Virus record (IMG/VR): IMGVR_UViG_3300033273_000437
Span: 1 to 57,898 of that record
DNA length: 57,898 nucleotides
Direction: 5' to 3' (one strand)
From: a virus
Lineage: Duplodnaviria; Caudoviricetes
The notes under the pieces were generated by a model. That model did not search any database and had not been told where the DNA came from. It saw only the letters and a program-made list of their open reading frames with translations. Both the position numbers and the translations under genes were made by a program. The stretch's first letter is position 1. Every line of letters starts with the position of its first letter. Shown piece by piece: positions 8,023-18,042 of this stretch.

Positions 8023-9120
8023 ATGGGTAGACCCAATAGCAAGGAAAACTGGGTCTTAAAAAATGCTGTCCTATCTGAGATGGGCAGTAATTTCCGGATA
8101 CGACTGACTTCTCAGAGTCCTGTCTTCCAGATCCGCGCCCTCTGTCCATTTCCGGATGGTAAACACGCTAAGAGCAGCGGGATCTACTCGACGGAGCCGG
8201 GGGCTGTTGACCGGGCCTTCAAGCTGTGCCTTCATCTGGACGAGAACCCCAACGCCCTGGTGAAGGAGAAGGAGGCTGGAACAAAGCCAGGGTTCACGGC
8301 CTGGAGAGCCCTCTCTATGGAGCTGGAAGCCCACCTGCGGAAGCTGGGCATACAGATGACGCACCCCGACTACTGGAGGCATGCCAGTGCTCTGGCGAAG
8401 CTCAGAGGTGAAGTTGAGATCGCCAAGGTCGAGCGCTGGGTGGAAGAGTCTGCGGAGAACTCCAGGGAACGGACTAGGCGACTCGTGACCTGCAGCCGCT
8501 TGATCGAAATCGGTCTTGATATTGATCGGAACTGGATGGACCGGATTAAGTCGTGCAATAAATACAGCCCAAGTCAGGCAGTTGAACCTCGTTCCCTGCC
8601 ATCAGATGATCAAGTCGAAGTCTTTATTGACGGACTCAAAAACCGGGGTTGGCAAGTTGTGTTCGGCTACATCGCAACCTGGGGGCTTCGGAACCACGAA
8701 CCCTTTCGACTCCATAGCCAGCCCGATAGCGAAGGCTTGATCGAAATCTCAAATAATTCAAAGACTGGATTCCACGTTGTTACGCCTGCACACCCTGAGT
8801 GGATTGATCGTTGGAACCTCAGAGACTTCAAGTTGCCGGGGCATGACCCCTCAGCAACGCACGTTGAGCTAGGGCGAAGAGTCACCAAGTACATGGCACG
8901 TCACAGGCATCTTGCTACCTGGCGAGAGGATCCGAAGACCTATGACCTTCGACACGCCTGGGCTGCCCGTGTCCACACGCACCCGAGCTACAGCCATATC
9001 GAAGTCAGTGTGGCTGCAGAAATGATGGGCCACTCAGAGAAAGTCCACAAAGCGACCTATCTGAGGTGGACTGCAAAAGAAGATCTCAAGAGGCGTCTCC
9101 GTCAAAAGTTGGCGGCATAA
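8023..9120 (+). CDS. int: Tyrosine recombinase (integrase)
   Basis: GLRNHE (R), SKTG (K), LRHAWA (degenerate H-x-x-R), MGHS (H), TY (Y); start uncertain (7969/8008/8023). Confidence 0.88.
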   Translation: MGRPNSKENWVLKNAVLSEMGSNFRIRLTSQSPVFQIRALCPFPDGKHAKSSGIYSTEPGAVDRAFKLCLHLDENPNALVKEKEAGTKPGFTAWRALSMELEAHLRKLGIQMTHPDYWRHASALAKLRGEVEIAKVERWVEESAENSRERTRRLVTCSRLIEIGLDIDRNWMDRIKSCNKYSPSQAVEPRSLPSDDQVEVFIDGLKNRGWQVVFGYIATWGLRNHEPFRLHSQPDSEGLIEISNNSKTGFHVVTPAHPEWIDRWNLRDFKLPGHDPSATHVELGRRVTKYMARHRHLATWREDPKTYDLRHAWAARVHTHPSYSHIEVSVAAEMMGHSEKVHKATYLRWTAKEDLKRRLRQKLAA

Positions 9121-9250
9121 GTCCTGGGTCTGTTCTGGTGGAGACGATCTGACATGCACGCTTGTAGAACATATTGTCACGTTTGAAATCAGGCAGGGTT
9201 TCAAAATAATCTTTGATTTTTTGCCAGTTGCTGTAAGTGGTTTCGTTCAT
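9086..9250 (-). CDS. Small hypothetical protein, 54 aa (not in the ORF track)
   Basis: MNETTYSNWQKIKDYFE...DNMFYKRACQIV; cyanophage-like NWxKIK..FYKRA pattern. Confidence 0.55.
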   Translation of the reverse strand: MNETTYSNWQKIKDYFETLPDFKRDNMFYKRACQIVSTRTDPGLMPPTFDGDAS

Positions 9251-9423
9251 GGACCTATTAACTTAATAATTTTTAAGTTAATGAAAACACATTTGCTCTT
9301 GTTCTGTATTCGCGATCAGCAAACAAAAGGCCAGCTGAGTTCAACATCTCCCTGCCATAGATCTGGGTCTATGGGGTTACGCCTCACATGCTCTTTGAAA
9401 AGCTTCGGAAAGCTCGATGTCCA

Positions 9424-11793
9424 TCAGGTGTCACTGATCGGAGCAAACATCGCTTCTTCAGAGAACGGTTTGGCTTTGCGATCAGGGTCGATCCCAGCGA
9501 TCAGACACTTGTCGGAATCGCAAGGTGCCGGTCCTGCTTCGATCAAGAGGCCAGTATCGTGCTGGAGAAGTGCCTTAAAGAAGTCATGATTTTTCTCCCG
9601 ACGCTTTACCTCTGCCTGCAACCCCAAGTACTCATACTTAGAGATGGGCTCAAAGGGCAGGCGGGGGAAGGTGGCATTGGCATCGAACCGGGCCAACAGG
9701 GCTGCGGAGATGTAACCCTTGTCGTTTTCGATAGCGTCGTAAATCAGATCCGACAGCTCTTCGATTTCATCCTCTCGGTACTCGATAGTGGCCGAGGTGT
9801 TGTGAGCAGTGTAGTGGGTCTGCACCTGCATATAGAAATCGAATTGAGCTGCAGCTGAGATTCTGCTGATGTCAACGTCATCGCAACCTTCGATGTCTGC
9901 CCAGCTAACCGAAGTGGGAATCTCCACCAACCATTCGGTGCAACGAGGATCAAAGGGGTTGTCGAGGAGACGACCTTCCTCATCCTTGTCCGACTGAGAA
10001 GGAACAACGGAGTAGCCGTAGTCCAAGCAAGCCAGGGCAACCGGATCATCTTTGCGGAAAGTGATGCGACGGATAAAGCGTTGCGACTTGGGAGGGTGCC
10101 AACCAGAAGATGCACCGGTCAAGAGACTCTTAGTCCCAGCCGGTTGAACAGTCGTAGTCCGGTTGGGTACGTTCAGACCGTGCTTGTCGCAGTACTCCTT
10201 TACTGTCGACTCAACAACCAAACGCCACCGCTTCAAGTAAGCGGTTTCAGTCATGCGGAAGGCTTTTCCTTCCTCAGTATCTGGTCGACCAACCACAAAC
10301 CACTTCAGCCAGTCAGCCCCAAAGGCGTGGACAAAGAAATCAAACAGACCAGTGAAGCTCACCCCAATGATCGGGTCTAGTTCACGGCTCTCCTGATAAC
10401 GGGGTACATCAAACCTGTGATGTAAAAGAGCCGCAGCCGTAAGAGCACCAGCTCGAAAGGCCTTCTCTTGCGCCTCATAATCCTGAGGATCAATCCGGTT
10501 GAGGTGAATTTCGGAAAGGTTGCAGTGGAAGTCAGTGCCAAGGATTTCGCCGCAAGGATTCAGGCCATAACGATTCATCCGATGACGGCGCTCTTGGTGA
10601 TCCATCGGAAGCCCATCTGCATCCCGCATGCAGAGGTAAGCAGCGGCTACATCTCTGCCGTCATTGCAGTAGAGGTCAATGAACGCTTTACGCTTCTCAT
10701 CTGAATCCAGAATGTCGGCGTTAGAACGTGCAATCGCCTCAGGTGCAAATTGGATTGCCCCTTCCCCTGAATGGAACTGCTTGGTGACAGCCTGCACTAC
10801 CTCTTGGCGAGAAGGTTTGGTGTGATAAACCCTGGTGTGGTTAGCCATCCGCAGCGCATCCCTATCGGGGTCAATGCGCCAGGCACCATCCTCACCTTGC
10901 TGCCACAGGTTGTCTTTTGCCGATGCTGCAGCTTCATCATCACTGTTGAACTGCCGCATACCCGCACTGCGTCGGATATTTCCAGCCACGACAACAGTTG
11001 CCGCTTCATCAATCAGGAGACAACACTCGACTGAGGTCAGACGCCGTCCCAAAGCTCCATTGAGAATCTTGGCGATCTTGTGAAACAGATCCTCCAACTT
11101 GATGGGGTTGGATGTCCCACCGAATCCTTTGAGCTTTTGACCTGCAGGGCGCACGCTACTGAGGTCCACATTGACGTGGACAGCCTGAAGCCAGTCAAAT
11201 TCAACAGCTGTTGATGCCTTAAGGATTGCCTGATAAGCATCTACCCATCCACGGCGGCTATCACCCACTTTGATTGTGACCGTGTTGCCGCGATAGTTGA
11301 CAAAAGTATTGTCGTGACGGTCTTCTGGCGAAGCAGTCCCAACACCCTCAGAGATATGAACGGTCAGGCTGTTGCGAATAGTCGGCAGGTTTTTGATCAT
11401 CCGCTCTTCGATGATCGCACCAGTGCCGGAGCCCATCATTGCTAGGTCCATCATCAGACCAAAGGCTTCCCAGTCCACTAGCTCGGTGGAAGTGCAGTTA
11501 TAGGCTCCTGAAAAGTTTTTCGAGTCCTTAATCCAGTCGGTTCCACCAACCCACAACCAGCGACCTGAGGGCAGCATCTGCTTCTGTTCAAGCATGGATG
11601 CAACCAGTTCGGTCTCCTCCTCAGTGAACTTTCCAAGTTCGCTAAGGCCAGTGATAACTCGGTCAACTACTTCACTAAAGGATTCACGGGTTCCATCTTC
11701 TTTTTGACGGCTATATGTCCGATAAAACACCGGGTTGGCGGCGGGCGCAGTGGCCACAAATTCAGAGTTCAAGGGCGAGCGTAGAGCGATCAA
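9424..11793 (-). CDS. nrdJ: Class II (adenosylcobalamin-dependent) ribonucleotide reductase
   Basis: VFYRTYSR, PSGRWLW, AYNC, AGNIRRSA, NPCGEI, TTVQPAGT and C-terminal CDSDKC. Confidence 0.93.
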   Translation of the reverse strand: MIALRSPLNSEFVATAPAANPVFYRTYSRQKEDGTRESFSEVVDRVITGLSELGKFTEEETELVASMLEQKQMLPSGRWLWVGGTDWIKDSKNFSGAYNCTSTELVDWEAFGLMMDLAMMGSGTGAIIEERMIKNLPTIRNSLTVHISEGVGTASPEDRHDNTFVNYRGNTVTIKVGDSRRGWVDAYQAILKASTAVEFDWLQAVHVNVDLSSVRPAGQKLKGFGGTSNPIKLEDLFHKIAKILNGALGRRLTSVECCLLIDEAATVVVAGNIRRSAGMRQFNSDDEAAASAKDNLWQQGEDGAWRIDPDRDALRMANHTRVYHTKPSRQEVVQAVTKQFHSGEGAIQFAPEAIARSNADILDSDEKRKAFIDLYCNDGRDVAAAYLCMRDADGLPMDHQERRHRMNRYGLNPCGEILGTDFHCNLSEIHLNRIDPQDYEAQEKAFRAGALTAAALLHHRFDVPRYQESRELDPIIGVSFTGLFDFFVHAFGADWLKWFVVGRPDTEEGKAFRMTETAYLKRWRLVVESTVKEYCDKHGLNVPNRTTTVQPAGTKSLLTGASSGWHPPKSQRFIRRITFRKDDPVALACLDYGYSVVPSQSDKDEEGRLLDNPFDPRCTEWLVEIPTSVSWADIEGCDDVDISRISAAAQFDFYMQVQTHYTAHNTSATIEYREDEIEELSDLIYDAIENDKGYISAALLARFDANATFPRLPFEPISKYEYLGLQAEVKRREKNHDFFKALLQHDTGLLIEAGPAPCDSDKCLIAGIDPDRKAKPFSEEAMFAPISDT

Positions 11794-11876
11794 TTTCCAC
11801 AGTGCAGCTCATTAAGCGTAACCAGAAAAGGATGAGTGTCTAGGTCGTTCTGGTTACGATACATGTAAAAAATTCC

Positions 11877-12050
11877 GTGATTGAGCAGCTCTTTGACGAG
11901 AAAGGAATCGTCTACTACAAAGTCGCCTTTCCTGATGGAATCCTGTCCTATACAAGCTGCTGTTGGATGGGCGATATCCTGTTAAAACGCTGGGATGAGC
12001 AAAAGCTGGCGATCAATTATCGCGGTGAGAGCTTGAGTAGTCTTTCCTGA
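11877..12050 (+). CDS. Small hypothetical protein
   Basis: GTG-start 57-aa ORF read by hand. Confidence 0.3.
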   Translation: MIEQLFDEKGIVYYKVAFPDGILSYTSCCWMGDILLKRWDEQKLAINYRGESLSSLS

Positions 12051-12174
12051 ACATCAACTATTTGAAGCTCAAGCACAACCTTCGCTCCGCTGCTTAAATT
12101 AGGTCGCCTCCAAAGCTCCATCAAAGTTTTAAGCTGCTTTGATAAAAGCTTGTGTTGATCGGTTTCCATACAAC

Positions 12175-12339
12175 ATGGCAAAAAGAACGTGGACAGTTCC
12201 CATCGATGAAGAAGGCATTATTTCTTTCCCAGATGATCTACTTGAAGCTTTGGGCTGGGAAGAAGGGACTGTATTGTCTTGGGACGTTAAGGATGACGGG
12301 GTAGTTGTCCTGAAAGCTACGGATTCTTCAGCCGATTAA
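12175..12339 (+). CDS. AbrB/MazE-like DNA-binding protein
   Basis: GIISFPDDLLEALGWEEGTVLSW signature. Confidence 0.75.
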   Translation: MAKRTWTVPIDEEGIISFPDDLLEALGWEEGTVLSWDVKDDGVVVLKATDSSAD

Positions 12340-12478
12340 TATAAGACTGAGCTTGGAAGAGAGTCCTGAAATAATGACGATCTCCAGCGATAAAGCAGTA
12401 ATAAGCAGCAGCATCTCCCACAGGATAGGCGATCTCATAAATCTTGTATCCTTCATGTTCGTAGTAAGTCCTCGCCAT
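12317..12478 (-). CDS. Small hypothetical protein, 53 aa
   Basis: MARTYYEHEGYKIYEIAYP...; overlaps the dcd stop, co-oriented. Confidence 0.45.
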   Translation of the reverse strand: MARTYYEHEGYKIYEIAYPVGDAAAYYCFIAGDRHYFRTLFQAQSYINRLKNP

Positions 12479-12965
12479 CGCGGGCCATTGCTACACGACT
12501 ATCTCCAAAGTAGCGTCCGGAATATGGATGCTCTGCGTTCTCCATGTACTCGAAGAACGTGAGCTGACCAATTCTCAGTCCTGGATAAATAGGAATATGG
12601 CCAAACTGAAGTGTGTTTTTCAGCTCTAAGGTAAGTCTGCCCTCATAGCCACAATCAACCAGGCCAGCGAGACTGTGGTTCAGACCTTCGCGTGCTCTGC
12701 TGCTTACAAGGTGCAGATGAGCTTCGATGTTATCTGGAATATGAAAGTATTCGATTGTTTCTCCCAGCACAAAGCAGCCAGGGGGCATTAAGCAAGGGTT
12801 CTCCTCGCTGTACTCATCGAGATTGATCTGTTTAAATCCATTCTCGGTTTCAACCAGTGCGTTCGAGCCGAGATGCACGTCATAGCTACAGGGCTGAACG
12901 CATTCCGGATGAAAGGGAACAATCATCCCTTGGCGACCAAGTTCTGCAATGCGGCGGTCAATCAA
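12453..12965 (-). CDS. dcd: dCTP deaminase
   Basis: VQPCSYDVHLG, SSRAREGL, GLVDCGYEGRLTLEL, RIGQL. Confidence 0.9.
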   Translation of the reverse strand: MIDRRIAELGRQGMIVPFHPECVQPCSYDVHLGSNALVETENGFKQINLDEYSEENPCLMPPGCFVLGETIEYFHIPDNIEAHLHLVSSRAREGLNHSLAGLVDCGYEGRLTLELKNTLQFGHIPIYPGLRIGQLTFFEYMENAEHPYSGRYFGDSRVAMARDGEDLLRT

Positions 12966-13164
12966 AACGTCTGTAGCGATTGGGTTTTTTGCCTCTCCAC
13001 TGCCTCCTTGATTGTTTCTTGGAGTGATACCAGTCGAGAAAATACTGGGCGTCGTCGATTAGGCGATGCAACAAGCCCATGGGAAGTTGCTCAACAATCT
13101 CGTCGAGCTTCTTTTTGTAGTCTTCCTTGGACAAGGTCTTGACCTGATCCAGTCAAAGTTAACG

Positions 13165-14991
13165 TCATTTGGCGGACCAGTCCCTCCCAGCGCCAGGTTC
13201 AGCCACGATCGGAACATTGGTCAGGCAAACCTCGTAGGCAGCGGACTCCATGCACTCCTTCAAAACAACTTGTGCTTCATCCTTATCCGCTTCAGGTACT
13301 TCCATCACCGCCTCATCGTGAACATTTGCAACAAGTTTCCACTCAGGCCTGACAGATAGATAGTTCTCCCAAAGCAGCGCCAGAGCTGCCTTCATGCAAT
13401 CACCGCCAGTACCCTGCACCTGTGTGTTGAGGCGGGTGGTGTACTTGTCGGATCCTCCTGGTCCCTGAGTAAGTAAGCGCCGTCTACCCATCAGTGTGAA
13501 GACTGGTCCGGTGGTGTTTCCTTGTGTACGTTGCCATCCAACTAATTGGGGGAATGCCGACTTCCACTGGGATAACTTCTCTTCGGCTTCTTCAGGTGTG
13601 AGGAACAACCCTGCGGCTGCAGCCTGAGTCCGGATGGATTTTGCGCCACTTCCAAATAACGCCCCAAAATTGTACGTTTTGGCATCTCTGCGCTGATCTT
13701 TCGTCACCTCACTCTCATCAATGCCGTTCATCAGGGCAGCAGTTCGGGTATGTAGGTCTGCACCCTCCTGATAAGCCTGACTCATGCGCTCCTCGCCACT
13801 GCACTCAGCAGCAATTCGCAGCTCCAGCTGAGAGTAATCAGCGATAACCAAAACATGACCCGGCGATGCAACGAAGCCCTGCCGGTACTCCTTGTCGCGT
13901 TTAATTTGCTGAAGATTCGGCTCAGCGCAACTAACTCTTCCGGTGTCGGTGCCCAGCTGGCGGTAGTTCGCACGGATACGGTTGTCGTTGTATTGCTGGG
14001 CATGACCAATCATTTTTTCGACCTGTGAGCAGGCCGTCTTCAATTCTTTGAACGCCAAGTAGTCCCGTATCAGCTCATGGTCAGGGGCTAAGAAAGCAAG
14101 AGCTGTTTTGTCCAGGCTGCTATCGACTGGAATCCCTGCTGCCACAAGCGCTGGCTGTAGCTGAGCTACTGATCCAAGGTTGAACCCTTTGACCTTGTTC
14201 TTGCCCTTGCCATAGAAGTCTGGATGCACCATGACCTGCCCGGTTTCAGGGCTTCGGTACTGGTCTAGGACTCCTAGTGCCTCCAGTTTCTTTACGACAT
14301 GGAGGCAGGCCGCATCTCGCTCTGCACACTTGTCGTGTAGAAGCTTGGTGTAGTGATCCACATCCAGCAAAAAGCCGTTGTGCTTCATTGAGGCAAAGGC
14401 AGGTAACGCTCGGCACTCCAACCTGAAAATGTGGCTTAGCTCTTCCTTACGCAGCTTTTGCTTGAGGACTTCATACAACGGGAAGCAGATGGATACGTCA
14501 CGAGCGGCGTATTCAAGCTGGGCCTGACTGAACGGGCCTTCATGCCCAATAAACGACTTCTGTAGCTCCTCTTTTTCCTCCATTAGGAGCCCTAGGTGCC
14601 TTGCGACTAATACACCAAGGCTGTTTTTGACCTTCATGCCCAGGTTTAAGAGCTTCCCTGCGATCATCGTGTCGAGCAGCATTCCCCTTAAGGGAAGGCC
14701 ATTCGCTTCAAGAAAGACCCACTCAAAAGCAAGGTTCTGGCCCAATTTGATGATGTACTCACTGGCCAGAAGGGGTGCCAGTTCTTTGATAGCGGACCCT
14801 ATGCCAGCGACATCAAAGACGAAGACCTGCTCCGCAGTACCCAACTGAATCAGAAGGATTCGGTCGTGCTGTGGTGAAAGCCCAGTCGTCTCAATATCGA
14901 GTCCGAGCATTGGCAGCGAGCTAAGCAGCTTGACTGCGCTCTTCACTTCGGATCCATGCTCGACATACACCAATGATGGATTCAAGCTCAT
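13165..14991 (-). CDS. polA: Family A DNA polymerase (3'-5' exonuclease plus polymerase)
   Basis: DIETTG exo I, TGRVSC.EPNLQQI, ADYSQLELR, KTYNFG, NVHDE; likely start MSLNP at 14991. Confidence 0.93.
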   Translation of the reverse strand: MSLNPSLVYVEHGSEVKSAVKLLSSLPMLGLDIETTGLSPQHDRILLIQLGTAEQVFVFDVAGIGSAIKELAPLLASEYIIKLGQNLAFEWVFLEANGLPLRGMLLDTMIAGKLLNLGMKVKNSLGVLVARHLGLLMEEKEELQKSFIGHEGPFSQAQLEYAARDVSICFPLYEVLKQKLRKEELSHIFRLECRALPAFASMKHNGFLLDVDHYTKLLHDKCAERDAACLHVVKKLEALGVLDQYRSPETGQVMVHPDFYGKGKNKVKGFNLGSVAQLQPALVAAGIPVDSSLDKTALAFLAPDHELIRDYLAFKELKTACSQVEKMIGHAQQYNDNRIRANYRQLGTDTGRVSCAEPNLQQIKRDKEYRQGFVASPGHVLVIADYSQLELRIAAECSGEERMSQAYQEGADLHTRTAALMNGIDESEVTKDQRRDAKTYNFGALFGSGAKSIRTQAAAAGLFLTPEEAEEKLSQWKSAFPQLVGWQRTQGNTTGPVFTLMGRRRLLTQGPGGSDKYTTRLNTQVQGTGGDCMKAALALLWENYLSVRPEWKLVANVHDEAVMEVPEADKDEAQVVLKECMESAAYEVCLTNVPIVAEPGAGRDWSAK

Positions 14992-15154
14992 CGAGGTTGT
15001 CAGGGGTGAGAGAGACAGAGAGTTCCTTCCCGTCGACGTGGTCAATGACGTTGAGGGTCAGGTCATTGGAACAGGACGCGGTGATTCCGAATGTGTTCTT
15101 GGGGTTGGAGCTGCTCTCTCCGAAAAAGCTTCCAGGTTCAGTCCAAGTCTGCAT
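14921..15154 (-). CDS. Hypothetical protein
   Basis: 77-aa ORF between the primase-helicase and polA, co-oriented. Confidence 0.5.
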   Translation of the reverse strand: MQTWTEPGSFFGESSSNPKNTFGITASCSNDLTLNVIDHVDGKELSVSLTPDNLDELESIIGVCRAWIRSEERSQAA

Positions 15155-15263
15155 CTTGATGGGGTCGTCAGGGTGAGTGTATCCAGGCCGGTACGGAAGT
15201 CAATCCTATTTGGTCTAGTCGGCATGTCTTAAACCAAATAACACGCAGCGGCCTGTACGCAAG

Positions 15264-17894
15264 CTACAAAACATCGTCCCAAGTTGGACGACGCATAGGT
15301 GGTCGGTTGGGTGTCCCCATTTGGACGTCTTCCCTACTCCCCTCAAAACTTGTCCCATTAAGCAGATCGCTCTCTGTGACTGGGTTCTTTAATGGGACAG
15401 CATTTTGGTTGTCCCATTTAGGATCGGTGCACCTACTTGCACTTGTCCGGTCTTGAACGGTCTCAAAATTAGAACTGTGTAATTCGTCACATTCTTGGGT
15501 TGTCCCATTAGCTGTCCCATTAGCTGTCCCATTAGGTTGTCCCATTAAAGAGCCCTGTCCCTCACTGGGTTTTTGATTTTTGGGACAAACCTCATCAAGA
15601 CACTCTCCCCGCGAGGCAGAAAGAAGTGCCTCAAACAACACAATTCCATCCGCTGTTTTCGCGATGTAAGAGTTCTGGAGACGGCCCCTGTCTCTCGTCT
15701 GCTCCTCCGAAACGACAGAGGCAATCAGCTCTCTCTTCTCCAGTCGCTGTAACGACTTCCGGATGGCCGAGTCAGAGGCCTTGCGTCCCCCATCGGCATT
15801 GATCCTGGTAGTCAGCTCCTCGCGCCGTAGGGCCTTACCGGCTTCTGTGCATTCCCGGATGATCGAGTGGACGCGGTCGTACACAGACACGCTTCCGCCT
15901 GGACGAATCCTTTGGCTGGGGGTGAAGTCCTCCAGATCCATCGTGAAGTCTTCATGCAGGTAGGTGATTAAGCAGTCGTTCTCTCTCTGGTTACGGCTCT
16001 TCCCAATGACGATTTTGCGACGACGGAAGGTGTCTTCACCCCACTCGTCGGCCTCCATTTCCGCGTCAGTGGGCTTTGATATCCCCCATGTCTCCGAGAC
16101 GGCATCACGGATCGATGAGTGGCCTCTGAAGCCCCCCTGCTTGTTGTTGTGGTGGATGATGACAAAGGTGCATTTGGGGAATGCCGTTCCGTTGTTGGCC
16201 TCCAACCAATAGAGAGGAGAGGACACGATCTGTTTGTTCCCATCCACGGTGGGCTGACTCGCCGCCAAAGAGTCGATGACGACCAGCGCTGGCTTCAGCT
16301 TTTTGATCTTGGAGGCAAGCCTCTGGAGGTGACGCAGCCGGAAGTCATGAAAGACATGGAACCAGGGCTCGTTCTGAATCCCTTGCGCTTCAAGCTGCTC
16401 TTCAAGTGTTTCCAGCGATTGGTCTGCGTTGCACCAAAGAACAGGCCCTGACATCACGGGCATCAGAGCACCTCTGACCATGAAGGGGATGCCCTTACCG
16501 ATGTGCTTCGCAAGCACCTGACAGGCAAGTGACTTACCACAACCACCATCGCCGTGCAGAAGCACAGTGGAGGGACGCTTCAGCACATCAGGTATCAACC
16601 AGTCCGTACCCGTAATCAGGGCCTGCCGAGCCTTGTAATCGAGAGTGTCACCGGAGCGTTTGTAGTCTTCGTCGTCTTGGAGAAGTAGCCTGATTTGATC
16701 GGCGTCCTTCCTGACTCCGTAGTCATTCGCCAGCTGCAGCAATTCAAGGTCTTGCTCAGCCGGGTTGGGGAACTTCTCGATGATGCCCCGAGCCACCTGC
16801 AACAAAGAGGGGCCATCGATTGGGTCGTACTTCTTGACCTCCTGAGTCTTCTGAACCTCTTTGAAGTCCTCTGGGTAGCGAACCCCTACAACCTCGGCGA
16901 TCTCTTGTAGGTATCCCTGTAGTGCGACAGGTGGAGGATCCCCTGCATTGATGTCACGTTCACGCAACGCATGAAGGAGCTTGAGGGCATCACCCCCGAT
17001 CTCCTCTTTGTGGCAATACCAGTTGAGGTTCTTCCAGACGGTGAACGACTTACCACTGTTGCTGTCATGGAACGGACAGCCTCCAACCATCGTTCCCTTC
17101 TCTCCGTTCTCAATCGTCAGGGGCTGGTACTCCCATACCTCTGAGTTGTAGATGCGGTCAAAACCGTCTTCTGTGGCAAGCAGCTTCTCCAGCAGGCCAC
17201 CCTCCATCCAGAAGTGCCGACGCATTTGCCGATAGCTGAAATCGGTGCTGGCGTCCTGTTTCTCCAGGTATGACTGCGGCAGGAAGGAGTGAACCTCAGG
17301 GGCTTTGCTCGACACCGATGCCGACATCATGAAGTCGACAAGCCAACCGGGGGCCTGAGCGACAGCACCGTCGTTGTAGTCGATCCACTCGTAAGGCTTT
17401 TGCGTGTCCGGATGCTTCGAGCCAGGAATCACCGAGTAGCAGCCGTTGTACCGAACGCAGACCTCTTCATCGGTGCCTTTCAGTTCAGGAACGAACTGGG
17501 CCTTAGTGAAGGTGGTGAAAGAGGGCCGGACACCATCCGGAATCTTGTACAACAGCTGCCTCCTACCAGGCCTACCTCTCCACGACATGGTCCCCGGCTT
17601 ATCGATTTCAGGCCAGTCGTCACCTAAGATCTCTTTGAAAAATCCCTCAGCCTTCGGGCCGTCAATGTCGACTGCGACGAGTCCGTTGCTGGCGTCGCCT
17701 GTAACGACACCAAGGCCGGTTTGCCGATGTCTACGGCTATTGATCTTGCCGAGGGTCTTCTCTGTGTCCAAAGGATCAGTAGAAGTTCCCTGCCCAAAGG
17801 CGTCTTTACCTCTGACCAGTACCCACTTCCAATCTTCGGGCAGCAGCTTTCGACGCAGCTGCTCGTCGGCAGCCATTTGGGGAGACAGGTCCAT
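15264..17894 (-). CDS. Bifunctional Prim-Pol primase / RecA-like (AAA_25) helicase with Zn finger and C-terminal wHTH
   Basis: LVAVDIDG, PGSKHP, CPFH...C, GDGGCGKS (Walker A), VVIDS (Walker B), IHHNNK. Confidence 0.88.
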   Translation of the reverse strand: MDLSPQMAADEQLRRKLLPEDWKWVLVRGKDAFGQGTSTDPLDTEKTLGKINSRRHRQTGLGVVTGDASNGLVAVDIDGPKAEGFFKEILGDDWPEIDKPGTMSWRGRPGRRQLLYKIPDGVRPSFTTFTKAQFVPELKGTDEEVCVRYNGCYSVIPGSKHPDTQKPYEWIDYNDGAVAQAPGWLVDFMMSASVSSKAPEVHSFLPQSYLEKQDASTDFSYRQMRRHFWMEGGLLEKLLATEDGFDRIYNSEVWEYQPLTIENGEKGTMVGGCPFHDSNSGKSFTVWKNLNWYCHKEEIGGDALKLLHALRERDINAGDPPPVALQGYLQEIAEVVGVRYPEDFKEVQKTQEVKKYDPIDGPSLLQVARGIIEKFPNPAEQDLELLQLANDYGVRKDADQIRLLLQDDEDYKRSGDTLDYKARQALITGTDWLIPDVLKRPSTVLLHGDGGCGKSLACQVLAKHIGKGIPFMVRGALMPVMSGPVLWCNADQSLETLEEQLEAQGIQNEPWFHVFHDFRLRHLQRLASKIKKLKPALVVIDSLAASQPTVDGNKQIVSSPLYWLEANNGTAFPKCTFVIIHHNNKQGGFRGHSSIRDAVSETWGISKPTDAEMEADEWGEDTFRRRKIVIGKSRNQRENDCLITYLHEDFTMDLEDFTPSQRIRPGGSVSVYDRVHSIIRECTEAGKALRREELTTRINADGGRKASDSAIRKSLQRLEKRELIASVVSEEQTRDRGRLQNSYIAKTADGIVLFEALLSASRGECLDEVCPKNQKPSEGQGSLMGQPNGTANGTANGTTQECDELHSSNFETVQDRTSASRCTDPKWDNQNAVPLKNPVTESDLLNGTSFEGSREDVQMGTPNRPPMRRPTWDDVL
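15351..15587. repeat. Iteron cluster TGTCCCATT(A), putative replication origin
   Basis: Direct copies at 15351, 15410, 15501, 15513, 15525, 15538; inverted copy at 15390 and partial inverted copy at 15580. Confidence 0.75.
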
Positions 17895-18042
17895 GGGAGA
17901 GGCGCATCCTTACCAGTTCAAGGTACCGATGCTGTCCATTCCTGGATGAAAAGTCTGGATTCTTCGGCTCATGGGGTACTTCCAATATTGAGCTTTCCTG
18001 ACTATGGTCCGTGTATCCGGTTCGGGAGGATGACATAACCAG

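Noticed and set aside
15499-15547. CRISPR array or protein repeat
   Set aside because: Units are 12-13 nt with no spacers and there are no cas genes; copies occur in several frames and both orientations.
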